Below are positions 39,096 to 53,700 of a stretch of DNA of 64,000 nt, piece after piece (the first letter of the stretch is position 1; each line of letters opens with the position of its first letter). The translations under genes were made by a program, and so were the position numbers. The notes beneath the pieces are model-generated. The model was not told the DNA's origin. It did not search any database and saw only the letters and a list, made by a program, of their open reading frames with translations. The stretch comes from Eledone cirrhosa (lineage: Eukaryota): NCBI GenBank assembly GCA_964016885.1, contig OZ024750.1, forward strand, positions 31,992,001 to 32,056,000, given 5' to 3'.

Positions 39096-40896
39096 AAGTC
39101 CAAAAATATGTGATACGCACGCATGTATGTCTGTGTATGTGTGCGTGTATTTTCATGTGTGTGCGTGTATATGTATATATCTGTGCATGTGTGAGAACGA
39201 TTAGTGTACAGAATCAGGTTTCCGGCACCAAACGTCCACCCCGAAATGTTTATTGAACAGAATCTTTAGTAGGTTAACCTTGTTCGATTTGATATAAATA
39301 AGTAAATAGATTTTGGTAGATAGAAACGACGTAAACGCTCGTGGAATATGTATAGTTGAGAGGATAAGTTATATTACACTTAGAGAAAGAAATATTTAGG
39401 CAGTGACACCTACCTTCTATTTATAACATTTGTAAATGTAATCTGTTTTATTGTACCAAATATACTCTAGAGTACATGATGTACCTTCGTAGATATTATT
39501 CATCTGCAAAAGATGAATCAAATGAGAAGGTAACAGCCGAATTAATAGCGATTATCAGTTCGGCATTTCATATTCCAAATCTTGGAAGAATAAAAAGGTA
39601 AATGTAGCCGTTTTGCAAAACATTCGTGAAGCATTCCGTTTTTTCTTATGAACACACGTAGCATAGTTGCTATGTTGTTCATCTCATAGTTATGAGATAT
39701 GTGAGTTCGGATTCCGGATCGTGCGGTGTATTTCGTGTGAAAGACGTTTTATTTCACGATTTCCCACTCATCTCATAGGGCAAATGTCCAGGGGCACAGC
39801 ATTGTCACTCATTGTATCACATTTAATTTCCCCAAGAACTAATTCAAGGGTGCAGGGTTGTGAGGAATACTCAGCCACTTAAACGTTAAGTTCACGATTA
39901 GGCAGTTGTGTTGATTGAATTCACTGGAACACTCGTCGGCGGAAGTGACGGAAGACCAACGACATCCTGATTAAATATAATATTTCAAGTTAACGAGACT
40001 GCTGCTCTTACAACGTAAGATTTATTACATTTACCAACATCTTTAATTTGATTAGATATAGGTGAACGTTGTCGGTGGCAATGAATAATGTCGCCATGAG
40101 AAAAATGTTCCGCCTATAGTCGACTTCATCAGACTTTTTAACTAAATGATCAATCAGTGGATCTTGATTGATTTATGTCTGACACGTACACATATATATA
40201 CATATACGTACACGTTTTTATATTTATTTTTAGATCCCGTTACTCTTGATGGAGTCGTTGTGGCGTCGATTTGACATATATCCTTTCTGGGGCATTTTAA
40301 GATTTTAAACCTGGTGTAGCCCAGGCCTTCGCTGGCGTAAGCCATGATTATCCAGGCTTACCTACAGCAGATTTCTTCCAGAGAAAGATAGAAAGTGGGA
40401 AGAATGAAGTGAGAAAGAGATATAGAGGTAGAACCGACCCTCTGTACTAGATTTTTATTTTTGATCAAGCTCAAAAGAAAGAAATGCAAAGTTGAGTTCG
40501 GCAGGATTTGAACTGGGAATGTAAAAAGCCGACATGAATACCACAAAACAGACTATCTGACTTTCTAATGACTCTGCCAATTTGCCGTCTATGTCTATAT
40601 TTATATCTTTGCCTATATTAATGTGTAGGAGTGTGGATCTTTAATGTTTGTTTAATCACTAAGGAGGATATGACAATATTTGTATTTCACTTTTCAATTA
40701 TATCTTTTTCCACGGATAGAAAAATCAATGTGTGTGTTTTAGTTTCTTATATGCAACTACGCAGTATACGAATATAAGTCATACTAACCTATGTAAATAT
40801 TTATTTCGACATCTATGGCAGAGTATATATATGCATATACACACACAAACACGCACACACACACATACATACGCACGGTCTCACACGCACACACTC

Positions 40897-41091
40897 ATAT
40901 ATATATATATATATATATACATATATATATGAATATATATATATATATATGAATATATATATATATATGAATATATATATATATATGAATATATATATAT
41001 ATATATGAATATATATATATATATATGAATATATATATATATATGAATATATATATATATATGAATATATATATATATATGAATATATATA

Positions 41092-41153
<62 letters not shown>

Positions 41154-41315
41154 TATATATATATATATATGAATATATATATATATATGAATATATATAT
41201 ATATATATATATATATGAGTATATATATATATATATGAATATATATATATATATGAATATATATATATATATATGAATATATATAAATATATATGAATAT
41301 ATATATATATATATA

Positions 41316-41355
<40 letters not shown>

Positions 41356-41465
41356 TATATATATATATATATATGAATATATATATATATATATATACAT
41401 ATATATGAATATATATATATACATATATATGAATATATATATATACATATATATGAATATATATA

Positions 41466-41525
<60 letters not shown>

Positions 41526-41554
41526 TATGAATATATATATATATATATATATAT

Positions 41555-41591
<37 letters not shown>

Positions 41592-41725
41592 TATGAATAT
41601 ATATATATATATATATATGAATATATATATATATACATATATATGAATATATATATATATATATATATATATGAATATATATATATATATATATATATAT
41701 GAATATATATATATATATATATATA

Positions 41726-41771
<46 letters not shown>

Positions 41772-41844
41772 TATGAATATATATATATATATATATATAC
41801 ATATATATGAATATATATATATATATATATATACATATATATGA

Positions 41845-41875
<31 letters not shown>

Positions 41876-41877
41876 TA

Positions 41878-41937
<60 letters not shown>

Positions 41938-41960
41938 TATATATATATATATATATATAT
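40897..41960. repeat. ~1-kb interrupted (TA)n tract with periodic TGAA/CA
   Basis: Direct reading. Confidence 0.95.
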
Positions 41961-42469
41961 ACAGAGAATTAGTACATTTACCAACATATGTTGGTAGATG
42001 TACTAATACTCTATATTTATCTCCAAATTATGTGTTGAGCAAAACTGGCCAAAATTTACTGCTGTTTCATGGTAGTAGTATGCTCTTGTCATAATACCAC
42101 CCCGCTCCCAACTGATTAACCTCGGTGTCACGTGATTGATTCTTTAGAATCTGCCACTGACCAGATGCAGTGAAATTTTTTCAGTGCTCCGGAATTTAGT
42201 CCACGCTAGCTTCTTTCCATCTACTGAATTATTATTCTGACATGGGTTCCTAGTGTCCGCGCATTGCCTGGGAACTTAGCTGAGAATAGACTCCCTGATG
42301 ACGTAATGAATTCTCTAGAGTTATATATATCATGTAACTATATTTATCCCATTACAGAAACTAATTAGTTGGAGTGAAAAATTTTAGTAAGTTGATTTTT
42401 AATTTTTTAAATTTTCTTATTTTACGTCTTTCATATATATATATACATATATATATAGATATATAGATA

Positions 42470-42529
<60 letters not shown>

Positions 42530-42580
42530 TATATATATATATATATATATGAATATATATATATATATACATATATATAC

Positions 42581-42612
<32 letters not shown>

Positions 42613-42635
42613 GAATATATATATATATATATATA

Positions 42636-42690
<55 letters not shown>

Positions 42691-43054
42691 CTTTCGTTAA
42701 CTACTTTTCCCATCTTGACGTTATAGTCGCATATATGTTATAGAATGCCGTTAGCTTCTTGCTAAAACAATCTCTATACCTCTCATTTATATGATTATAT
42801 ATATATATATATATATATATATGAATATAACAATTAAGTTAAAAATGTACATCTACATATGCATACTGAAATACTAGTGTGTATATGAATACACACACGT
42901 ATACATATGTAGGTGTACCAAGTCTTTCACTGGTCGCTTTACAGTGAGCGGCCCAGCTATTCTGTATGTAAACACACAGACAAACCGGTTTTTAGAGTCA
43001 TACTGGTTTTCGGGGGGAACACCTTCCCTCCATTCTCCAGAAAGCCAGACAAGG

Positions 43055-43099
43055 AATATTGGACTAGTTTCGTTGTTGTTACAACTCATCAGCAATATT
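43055..43099 (-). ncRNA. Type I hammerhead ribozyme (GUC site)
   Basis: AATATTG-CTGATGA-GTTGTAACAACAAC-GAAA-CTAG-T-C-CAATATT. Confidence 0.92.
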
Positions 43100-43509
43100 T
43101 ACCTATCTACCGGCCTTTCTGGAGAATTGTAAAAGCACATATCGTTATATGCTTTTTCTATGAAAATTAGTAGTGGGCAGACTAATTTGCATAGAGTGTG
43201 AGTACGCACCGGTTCAGCGGAGACGATAAAAACAAATAACGAAACGAAATTAAATTTCGTTTCGTTTGTAACTCACTTTTGTATGACTGACGCTTAAACA
43301 ATTAAGTTAAAAATGTACATCTACATATGAATACTGAAATACTAGTGAGTATATGAATACACACACGTATACATATGTAGGTGTACCAAGTCTTTCACTG
43401 GTCGCTTTACAGTGAGCGGCCCAGCTATTCTGTATGTAAACACACAGACAAACCGGTTTTTAGAGTCATACTGGTTTTCGGGGGGAACACCTTCCCTCCA
43501 TTCTCCAGA

Positions 43510-43554
43510 AATATTGCTGATGAGTTGTAACAACAACGAAACTAGTCCAATATT
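43510..43554 (+). ncRNA. Type I hammerhead ribozyme (GUC), at the inversion junction
   Basis: Same core; N17=C at 43547. Confidence 0.9.
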
Positions 43555-43977
43555 CCTTGTCTGGCTTTCTGGATAATGGAGGGAAGGTGTTCACCCCGAA
43601 AACCAGTATGACTCTAAAAACCGGTTTGTCTGTGTGTTTACATACAGAATAGCTGGGCCGCTCACTGTAAAGCGACCAGTGAAAGACTTGGTACACCTAC
43701 ATATGTATACGTGTGTGTATTCATATACACACTAGTATTTCAGTATGCATATGTAGATGTACATTTTTAACTTAATTGTTTAAGCGTCAGTCATACAAAA
43801 GTGAGTTACAAACGAAACGAAATTTAATTTCGTTTCGTTAGTTGTTTTTATCGTCTCCGCTGAACCGGTGCGTAGTCACACTCTATGCAAATTAGTCTGC
43901 CCACTACTAATTTTCATAGAAAAAGCATATAACGATATGTGCTTTTATAATTCTCCAGAAAGGCCGGTAGATAGGTA

Positions 43978-44022
43978 AATATTGCTGATGAGTTGTAACA
44001 ACAACGAAACTAGTCCAATATT
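43978..44022 (+). ncRNA. Type I hammerhead ribozyme (GUC)
   Basis: Same core, +468. Confidence 0.92.
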
Positions 44023-44371
44023 CCTTGTCTGGCTTTCTGGAGAATGGAGGGAAGGTGTTCCCCCCGAAAACCAGTATGACTCTAAAAACCGGTTTGTCAG
44101 TGTGTTTACATACAGAATAGCTGGGCCGCTCACTGTAAAGCGACCAGTGAAAGACTTGGTACACCTACATATGTATACGTGTGTGTATTCATATACACAC
44201 TACTATTTCAGTATGCATATGTAGATGTACATTTTTAACTTAATTGTTTAAGCGTCAGTCATACAAAAGTGAGTTACAAACGAAACGAAATTTAATTTCG
44301 TTTCGTTATTTGTTTTTATATGAATATATATATATATATATGAATATTTATATATATATATATACATATAT

Positions 44372-44765
44372 ATATCTATCTATCTAAGGCGGGTAAAATT
44401 CCCGAGATCCATGGACGAGCTCTCTCCAGCGGTCTCTGTCCCTCATTATCGCTGCCATGTCCTGCATCTCCAACAGACCAGTGCCTGTGCTTAGGGCATC
44501 AACATACGTTAACCTTGGTCTTCCTCTTCTAGTGTGTCCATGTAGGGGCTCCCAAAGGAGTACTGAGTGCAATGTCAACTCTGGATGTCGGTGAGCATGT
44601 CCAGCTAATCTCAGTCTCCTCTGTGTCACATTTGAGCTGACTTTTGGGATGCTCACATACAGCTGAGTTTTTCATCCTCAGTGTATACTGATTATTGTTC
44701 AGAGCCATCCTCAGCATTCTCATGTAGCACCCATCCAACATCTGAGTGAGTTTCTTGGTCACATA
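44372..44765 (-). mobile_element. RTE-clade LINE 3' end with (TAGA)n tail
   Basis: [50 protein letters not shown]. Confidence 0.85.
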
Positions 44766-44795
44766 CATATATATATGTATATATATATGAACAAG

Positions 44796-44868
<73 letters not shown>

Positions 44869-45191
44869 CATATATATATATACATATGTATATATATATA
44901 TACATATATATATATACATATATATATATACATATGTATATATATATATACATATATATATATACATATATATATATACATATGTATATATATATATACA
45001 TATATATATATATGTATATATATATGTATATATATATACATATATATATATATATACATACATACATATATATATATATACATACATACATATATATATA
45101 TACATATATATATATATACATATATACATACATATATATATATATATATGTACATATATTTTTACTTTCCCACGTATATATGTACATATAG

Positions 45192-45240
<49 letters not shown>

Positions 45241-45329
45241 CATATATATATATATACATATATATATATACATATATATATATACATATATATATATACA
45301 TATACATATATATATATACATATATATAC

Positions 45330-45361
<32 letters not shown>

Positions 45362-45537
45362 ACATATATATATATACATATATATACATATATATATATA
45401 CATATACATATATATATATACATATATATACATATATATATATATACATATACATATATATACATATACATATAAATATATATACATATACATATATATA
45501 CATATACATATATTTATATACATATATATATACATAC

Positions 45538-45587
<50 letters not shown>

Positions 45588-45605
45588 ATATACATAAATA
45601 TATAC

Positions 45606-45676
<71 letters not shown>

Positions 45677-45715
45677 CATATATATACATATACATATATA
45701 TATATACATATATAC

Positions 45716-45768
<53 letters not shown>

Positions 45769-45777
45769 CATATATAC

Positions 45778-45814
<37 letters not shown>

Positions 45815-45949
45815 CATATATACATATATATATATATACATATATATACATATATACATATATATACATATACATATATATATATACATATATACATATA
45901 CATATATACATATATATACATATATATATACATATATATATATACATAC

Positions 45950-45996
<47 letters not shown>

Positions 45997-46398
45997 CATA
46001 TATATATATACATATATATACATATATATATATACATATATATATATACATATATATATATACATATATATATACATATATATATATACATATATACATA
46101 TACATATATACATATACATATATACATATACATATATACATATACATATATACATATATATATATACATATATATATATACATATATATATATACATATA
46201 CATATATACATATATTATATATACATATATACATATATATATATACATATACATATATACATATACATATACATATATACATATATATATACATATACAT
46301 AATATATACATATACATATACATATATATATATATATACATATACATATACATATATATATATATATACATATATATATACATATATATATATACACA

Positions 46399-46450
<52 letters not shown>

Positions 46451-46453
46451 CAC

Positions 46454-46488
<35 letters not shown>

Positions 46489-46611
46489 CATATATATACA
46501 TATATATATATATATATACATATATATATACATATATATATATACATATATATACATATATATATATACATATATATATATACATATATATATATACATA
46601 CATATATATAC

Positions 46612-46646
<35 letters not shown>

Positions 46647-46661
46647 CATAAATATATATAC

Positions 46662-46692
<31 letters not shown>

Positions 46693-46693
46693 C

Positions 46694-46724
<31 letters not shown>

Positions 46725-46958
46725 CATACATATATATATATACATAAATATATATACATATATATATATATATACATACATATATATATATACATAAATA
46801 TATATACATATATATATACATATATATATATATATACATAAATATATATACATATATATATACATATATATATATATATACATACATATATATATATACA
46901 TAAATATATATATATATATATATACATACATATATATATATACATAAATATATATACA

Positions 46959-46994
<36 letters not shown>

Positions 46995-47127
46995 CATAAA
47001 TATATATACATATATATATATATATATACATACATATATATATATACATAAATATATATACATATATATATATATATACATATATATATACATATATACA
47101 TATATATATATACATATATATATATAT
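44766..47127. repeat. ~2.4-kb (TA)n/(CATA)n degenerate microsatellite
   Basis: Direct reading. Confidence 0.95.
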
Positions 47128-47129
47128 CC

Positions 47130-50100
47130 ACCATAATACATACTCTAATTTAACACCAACACAACCACCAATAACTCAAACAAGGAATCCACAAATCTGC
47201 CGTTTTTCCCTGCGAGACAGATTGTGTTTAGACCGGGATTGTCCCTTTACCCATCTCCCGGGGACCCGTCGGATAAATGAAAATAAAATTAAAAATAAAA
47301 GCAAAAACAAAAACCATAACCTACATAAAAATAACCACTACCACAGTCACCAACAGTCTTCTAAACAGGAAACTTCTTCCTCTTTTTTAGCCATAATGAA
47401 TCTGGCAAAAGAACTGGAAAAAAACATTCGAGCTATCACCCAGCACCACCCTCCACTATCACCCCACTGCACAAACTCCCATTGCTGCCATTAACAAACA
47501 AACAAATTAACAACACACCAAAACAATTAAAACCATCCACTCTCGCCTCTACATTTTTGCTTAACGCCCAAGGCATCAGCCCTTCCACCAATACTCAAAA
47601 ATGGAAGATCAAATTCCTGGAGGACTGGATTGATGTCCATCCAAACCACATCCCTTTCTTCGTCCTCACTGAAACCCATCTCAGTAACCTCCACTTGGAA
47701 GCCGAGGTGAAAGTGAAAAATTTCAAAGCCATCCGTGCTGATCGCGCTGGCAGAAGAAAGGGCGGAACTGCCATTTATGTCCATAATTCTTTCTCAACAG
47801 AGGCTATGAACATATTCACTAATGGATACTGTGAGGCAGTCACTGTATTCAGTCAAACCAACAACCTATTAGTAGTTGGGCTCTATAGGCCACCCCAAAC
47901 GCCTGTACCATGCTTCAAGGAATGCCTCAACAGCATAAAGTGTTTCATCCAAGAGTGTCACCCTGACAACATCTTAATGATGGGGGACTTCAACCTCCCC
48001 GGAGTTGACTGGTCCACAAACACCCTGCCACCAGGTTCTTCTGCCTCAACCTCTGACAGGGAAGCTGTGGAATCGCTTCTTGACTTCATGGATGATTTCT
48101 TCCTATCCCAACTAGTGCTCGAACCAACGAGGTGCCACAAAAACGTCCTAGACTTAATTTTCAGCAATCACACTGACAATATCCACAATATTGCAGTGGA
48201 GAAAACTCTACTCTCTGATCATGACATGGTTCTCTGTGATCTGAGATTCCACCGTCCAATATACAAACCCAATGTCATTTCTCCTGTCCATCCGTTTGAC
48301 GCTATGGATTTCCACAATGCAAACTGGGAAGCGATCAGTCATGATCTTGCACATGTCGACTGGTCCTTCACGCACACTCATACACCCACTAACATCAAAA
48401 AGTCCTGGCAGACTTTTGTGGACACTGTTACAAACATATGTGCTAAACACACCCCATTAAGAACTATAAACAAATCTAAGAGCAGAATCCCTAGAAATAG
48501 AAAAACACTCATCAGAAAAATTAAGAGAACGAACAAAAAAATCAACAAGCTGAAATACTGTCAGCAGCAACACATCAACTTGACTGCCATTTCATCACTA
48601 GAGATTAAAAAACATAACCTCCAAAACAACATAATGTCCCTCATCAACAATCAGAGAAGAGCTGAAGAGGCCTGGGCCATTGAGAAGATCAAACTCAATC
48701 CCAAAGTGTTCTTTTCATTTGCAAAAAAACACAAAATCACTGGCTCTACTGTTGGCCCTCTAATTGATGAAAATGGCACTCTTCAAGACAATGCTAAAAC
48801 CATGGGTGAGATACTGCAGAAACAATACTGCTCTGTTTTCAGCAATCCTGATATGGCCGATCTGGGCTGTATCGGCGATGTTACTCCCCATTACACCTTA
48901 TCGGACATAACGTTTGGCGCCCCTGATGTCTTGGCGGCAATAAAGGAAATCAAACATAATTCAGCAGTAGGTCCCGATAGGTTCCCTGCTTGTGTCTTGA
49001 AGGCGTGTCAACACCAACTTGCTTCTCCTCTTGCCAATCTGTGGCGGAACTCACTGGATGCTGGATATGTGCCAGAAAACCTTCTATCCCAGTCTGTTGT
49101 CCCAGTTTTCAAAAAGGGAAACAAATCCCTTGCCGTGAATTACCGTCCAATCTCACTCACCTCTCATATCATTAAGGTATTTGAGCGAGTGGTGAGATCG
49201 CGAATGACCCACTTCCTTGAGAGTAACAATATGCTGAACTCCAACCAGCATGGATTCCGTAATGGAAGGGATTGCCTGACGCAACTACTGCATCACTTTG
49301 ATGACATTTTGAGAGCCTTGGGAGAGGGTTCCAACACTGATGTTATCTACCTTGATTTCAGCAAGGCCTTTGACAGGGTTGATCATAACATTCTACTGAG
49401 AAAGCTGTCCAATATTGGTGTCACTGGAAAGCTGCTGCAGTGGATCAAGAGCTTCCTGTCAAACAGAACCCAATCATGTTGTAGTTGAGGGAGTCAAATC
49501 AAGCCCAGCCAAAGTCAGTAGTGGAGTCCCACAAGGCACTGTGTTGGGCCCACTTCTCTTCATCATCTATATTAATGACATCACTGACATCATCAAACAC
49601 AGCAACATTAAAATTTTCGCTGATGATTCCAAGCTCCAAAAGGTCATCAATGGCGTGGATGACCGGATAAGCCTTCAGTCAGACCTACTGGCTGTTACCC
49701 AATGGGCAGAAAAGAACAACATGTTACTGAACGAAGACAAATTCGAACTGATCCACTTTGGAAAAGAGGATGCTCTGAAACTCCCGTACTCCCTTCCCTC
49801 CGGGGAAACTCTCGTGGCATCTAACAACATCAGAGACTTGGGAGTAACCGTGGACAGCAACATAAGCTGGACCACGCATATAAGCAGCAAAGTTGACATG
49901 GCCCGCAGAATGTGTTCCTGGATCCTCAGAACCTTCCAGTCGAGAGATTCCCGCACCATTATCCTTCTCTTCTCTACTTTCGCCCGACCACACCTTGAAT
50001 ACTGTTGTCCACTGTGGTCTCCCCACACGAAACAAAGTATCATGAAACTTGAAGCTCCTCAAAGGGCAATCACGAAAAAGATAGATGGCATGTCAGACCT

Positions 50101-50588
50101 TGACTACTGGGGTCGATTGGAAAACCTGAAACTTTACTCACTCCAACGTCGCCGTGAGCGTTATATTATCTGCATGATGTGGAAAATGTTCCATCATCAC
50201 TGCCCAAATGATGTTGGCATCGCCTTCAAGATACACCCAAGGCTTGGGCCCCGTGCTATCCGTCCCATTCAAAAATCTAAATCGCAACTCATAACAACAA
50301 TACGGCACAATTATTTCACCTCAATCGGCCCTGCTCTCTTCAACATCACACCAGGACACGTCAAAACAGAAACTGACCACACAAGATTCAAGAAGTCTTT
50401 GGACAAATTCCTCCAAGTAATCCCGGACAAACCACCCACACCCGGATATGTCTCCGCAAACAGTAATTCTCTTCTCGAATGGGCCATGGTGCCCAAATCC
50501 TGAATTGAAAGACTTCGCCAGGTGGTGCTATTAAGTTAGACATGGCCTGGGCCAATACTGGCCAAAACATTTCAAAGTTATTCAAAGT

Positions 50589-50589
<1 letters not shown>
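47130..50589 (+). mobile_element. Near-intact APE-RT LINE (CR1/Jockey group), ORF2 47482-50503 with a single +1 frameshift
   Basis: APE motifs LNAQG, LTETHL, GLYRPP, GDFNLP, LDLIF, SDH; RT motifs YRPISL, QHGF, LDFSKAFD, GVPQGTVLGP, FADD; LQRRRERY; tandem TTCAAAGTTA tail; CCCH-like ORF1 remnant upstream. Confidence 0.92.
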
Positions 50590-50644
<55 letters not shown>

Positions 50645-50755
50645 CATACATATATATATATATATACATACATATATATATATACATATACATACATATA
50701 TATATATACATATACATACATATATATATACATATACATACATATATATATACAT

Positions 50756-50803
<48 letters not shown>

Positions 50804-51704
50804 ATATATATATTTATTAAAATAAAAGATTAAAGTCTAAGCAAAGAATCGCTGCTTTCACCCTTAACGGGATCTTCAGAAGACCCCTTTAAGAGTGAAA
50901 GCAGCGATTCTTTGCTTAAACATTAATCTGTTATTTTAATAAATACTTGCTATACGGTTCATATATATTTGATATATATTTATCCTTATCGAGCCCTCTT
51001 TGTATTTTAGTCTTCTAATTTATTATTATTACTATATATATACAGACACATCCATATATATATGTGTGTCTTTGCCTTCTCGTCAATATTCGCAAATTAC
51101 TTTGTTGAAAATGCCCCATTGACTTGATTTTCTCATTTTTTTTTCTCTTTACGTTGCTTCACCATTCGTGTTTGTTTAGCTGTCTCTCTTTCTCCACCCT
51201 ATTCTTTTTATCCCAATAACTTATTTTAGTTATTGTATTGCCCTAGCCGGAGGTATATGGTCTGTAATGCCAAGAAATACCTATGATGGCTAGTAGACCA
51301 CTGATGTTGGATAGTCCTGGCTTCTATTTCTAATTCTTTATTTTATTATATATATAATATATGCAACAACACAGCTCGCCATTTTCCATTCATATATACT
51401 TTACCTTTCGCCCTAAGCTGTCTTTTTCTCTTCCCTTACTGCTAGCCTTTTTCTCTCTCCCCCTTCTCTCTCCTTCTCCCTCTTACTTTCACTCACTCCC
51501 TCTGCTAGTCACCCTCTCTCGGCTAGCCCCTTCCTCACACTTTCACTCACTCACTCTCTGCTACTCACCCTCTCTCTCACTCTATCGCCCAACATCGTAC
51601 GAAATTCTTTCCTAGCTCACTTTCGCACGGCCAAGATGTAGATAGTGGCTAGTAGACCACTGATGATGGATAGTTATGGCTTATATTCTAATTCTTCATT
51701 TGAT

Positions 51705-51736
<32 letters not shown>

Positions 51737-51969
51737 CACACCCATATATATACATATATATAGTATACTGTATATTCCAAAAATATCATATATTTTCACT
51801 AGCTCTGACAGTTGGCAGGTAAGCAGTGTACGGTACTGATGAAGGGTAACCAAACAGAAAATTTAGTGTCTGCCGTTTTGTTTATATGTCAACACAAGAG
51901 CAAGAATGATGGGTTCATTCCACTTACATGGCTTAAAGAGGCTGTTTGTATAATTGCAAACGAATAGAC

Positions 51970-52080
51970 AAATCCCGCCGAGGTTAACTTTGCCTTTCCT
52001 CGTTACGGGGTCGATAAAATAAAGTACCAGTAATACACTGGGTAATTGCTGGCCTTGTGCCAATAGTAGAAACAATTATT
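51970..52080 (+). mobile_element. SINE family A, 5' truncated
   Basis: AAATCCCGCCGAGGTTAACTTTGCCTTTC core. Confidence 0.8.
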
Positions 52081-52189
52081 AATGTTCGAAAAGTTCAGAT
52101 TTACATTTTTTATATATATAGGTATTGAAGTTTCCGTTGAAAATTGAAAAAGTCCGAGGAATGAAGAGTGCTCTATGTAAGTTACAAAT

Positions 52190-52261
52190 TGCCTTGTCTG
52201 ATGAACGAATGCGGACAAATCTTGTATTCGTCTTATTCGGGAAACCTCTGGTAATGAGGTA
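52190..52261 (+). ncRNA. Degenerate type I HHR motif (GUA site)
   Basis: TGCCTTGT-CTGATGA-(A)CGAAT...ATTCG(G)-GAAA-CC-TCT-GG-T-A-ATGAGGTA; helix I has G-U pairs and there is a 10.1/11.1 mismatch. Confidence 0.5.
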
Positions 52262-52280
52262 TTGTTTATTATACATTAAA

Positions 52281-52321
<41 letters not shown>

Positions 52322-52950
52322 CTGCACACACACACACACATATATATACACCCCCATATAGATGGGGGTATGCATTTTGCTGTATTTTCATATAGACATA
52401 CATATAACTACATCCACACAAACACAAACACACAACTATGTATATGTATATATGTTTGTATGTGTATGAGTATACGCGTGTATATTTTCCAGTACTGTTT
52501 ATGTAATGTAATAATGTATCGCAACGATTTAACGATGTCTCTTTTTCGTATATCGTCTCATAATCGTCTGTAGAATAGATAAATTGATGCCATTATCCTA
52601 ACTGAAGTAATCCGTTTCAATAAATATATTTACAGAATTAACACTGTGTTAATATCTATATATTATACTACGGTATATGTCATTAAATGTCGTAAGTAAA
52701 CGTTACATATATGTTACTAGTTTTTCATATGAATCATCATCGTCGAGTGATTGCTACTCTTTTGTTTTTTGGAGGTTTCTAATAAAATATCCTCTTGGAG
52801 TAAAACCTAGTAACGAATTGATCATATATAAAATATATGTATGTACATAGATAGTAAATGTCTCTTTTGTTTTTCATTTATAGTTAATATTTTTTATCTA
52901 TATTTTTATTGTGTAACAATGTTCATTGATGCATTGCGTGTGTACGTGTA

Positions 52951-52982
<32 letters not shown>

Positions 52983-53544
52983 CACATTATTACATTCATG
53001 GACTGAACTAAAAATTGTGGTGTAATTGTAGTATATTGCTTATGATGTGTATATAGATAATTTATGTAATTTATCTATTATTTTCCAGGTTTATTTTAGA
53101 ATGACTAATCTTTAATTTTTAATGGGGAGTGTTGATATCCACCACACATATTTTAGGAATATTTCTGTACATATTTTTCTCGACTTTCTTTCGAAAATTA
53201 CTTTCGCTTAGATTTGCCTCTCAGATTCTAGAGGCATTTCGCAAGGTTTTGTCAATGAGAGTTATTTTATTTCATACTATATATTATTGGGTTCTATTTA
53301 TGTATACTGAAGTGAGTATAACTACCTCCTCATCCATGACTAAGACTAGATAGCCAGAAACAAAACAAAAATTAATTTTTCGGATATATAAATATTTTGA
53401 CTGGTTACATAACTCATATAGACTGACTCGAAGCTTAGAAAGTAAATAAAATATGTATTGTATTGCTATCTATTGTTTGTTTACAACAGTAATCTTATAT
53501 GGGAGGGGATATATTAGGCGTTCTATATAGGAACACTACGGGTG

Positions 53545-53700
53545 TAGGCGCGTGGCGTAGGTGTTAGAGAATTTAATTTACACTCACCATGTTGCGAGTT
53601 CAATTCCCGGACCGGTCTATGCGTTATGTTCGTGAGCAAAAAACTTTCTTTCGCGTTACTCTTTTCGCTAGAAATTCCAACCGGTAAAGAACACCAGCAA
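53545..53700 (+). mobile_element. SINE family B
   Basis: GGCGCGTGGCGTAGG (A box) .. GAGTTCAATTCCC (B box) .. GCGTTATGTTCGTGAGCAA. Confidence 0.7.

Larger units (their letters stand above)
42829..44318. mobile_element. Second array of the same HHR monomer (468-bp variant): ~1.5 units, inversion at ~43510, then ~1.7 units
   Basis: Roughly 95% similar by eye to the 27-31 kb monomer; three HHRs; flanked by (TA)n. Confidence 0.95.

Noticed and set aside
44692-47141. Long ORFs up to 791 aa (YIYI...), likewise 40813-41987
   Set aside because: Translations of TA/CATA microsatellites
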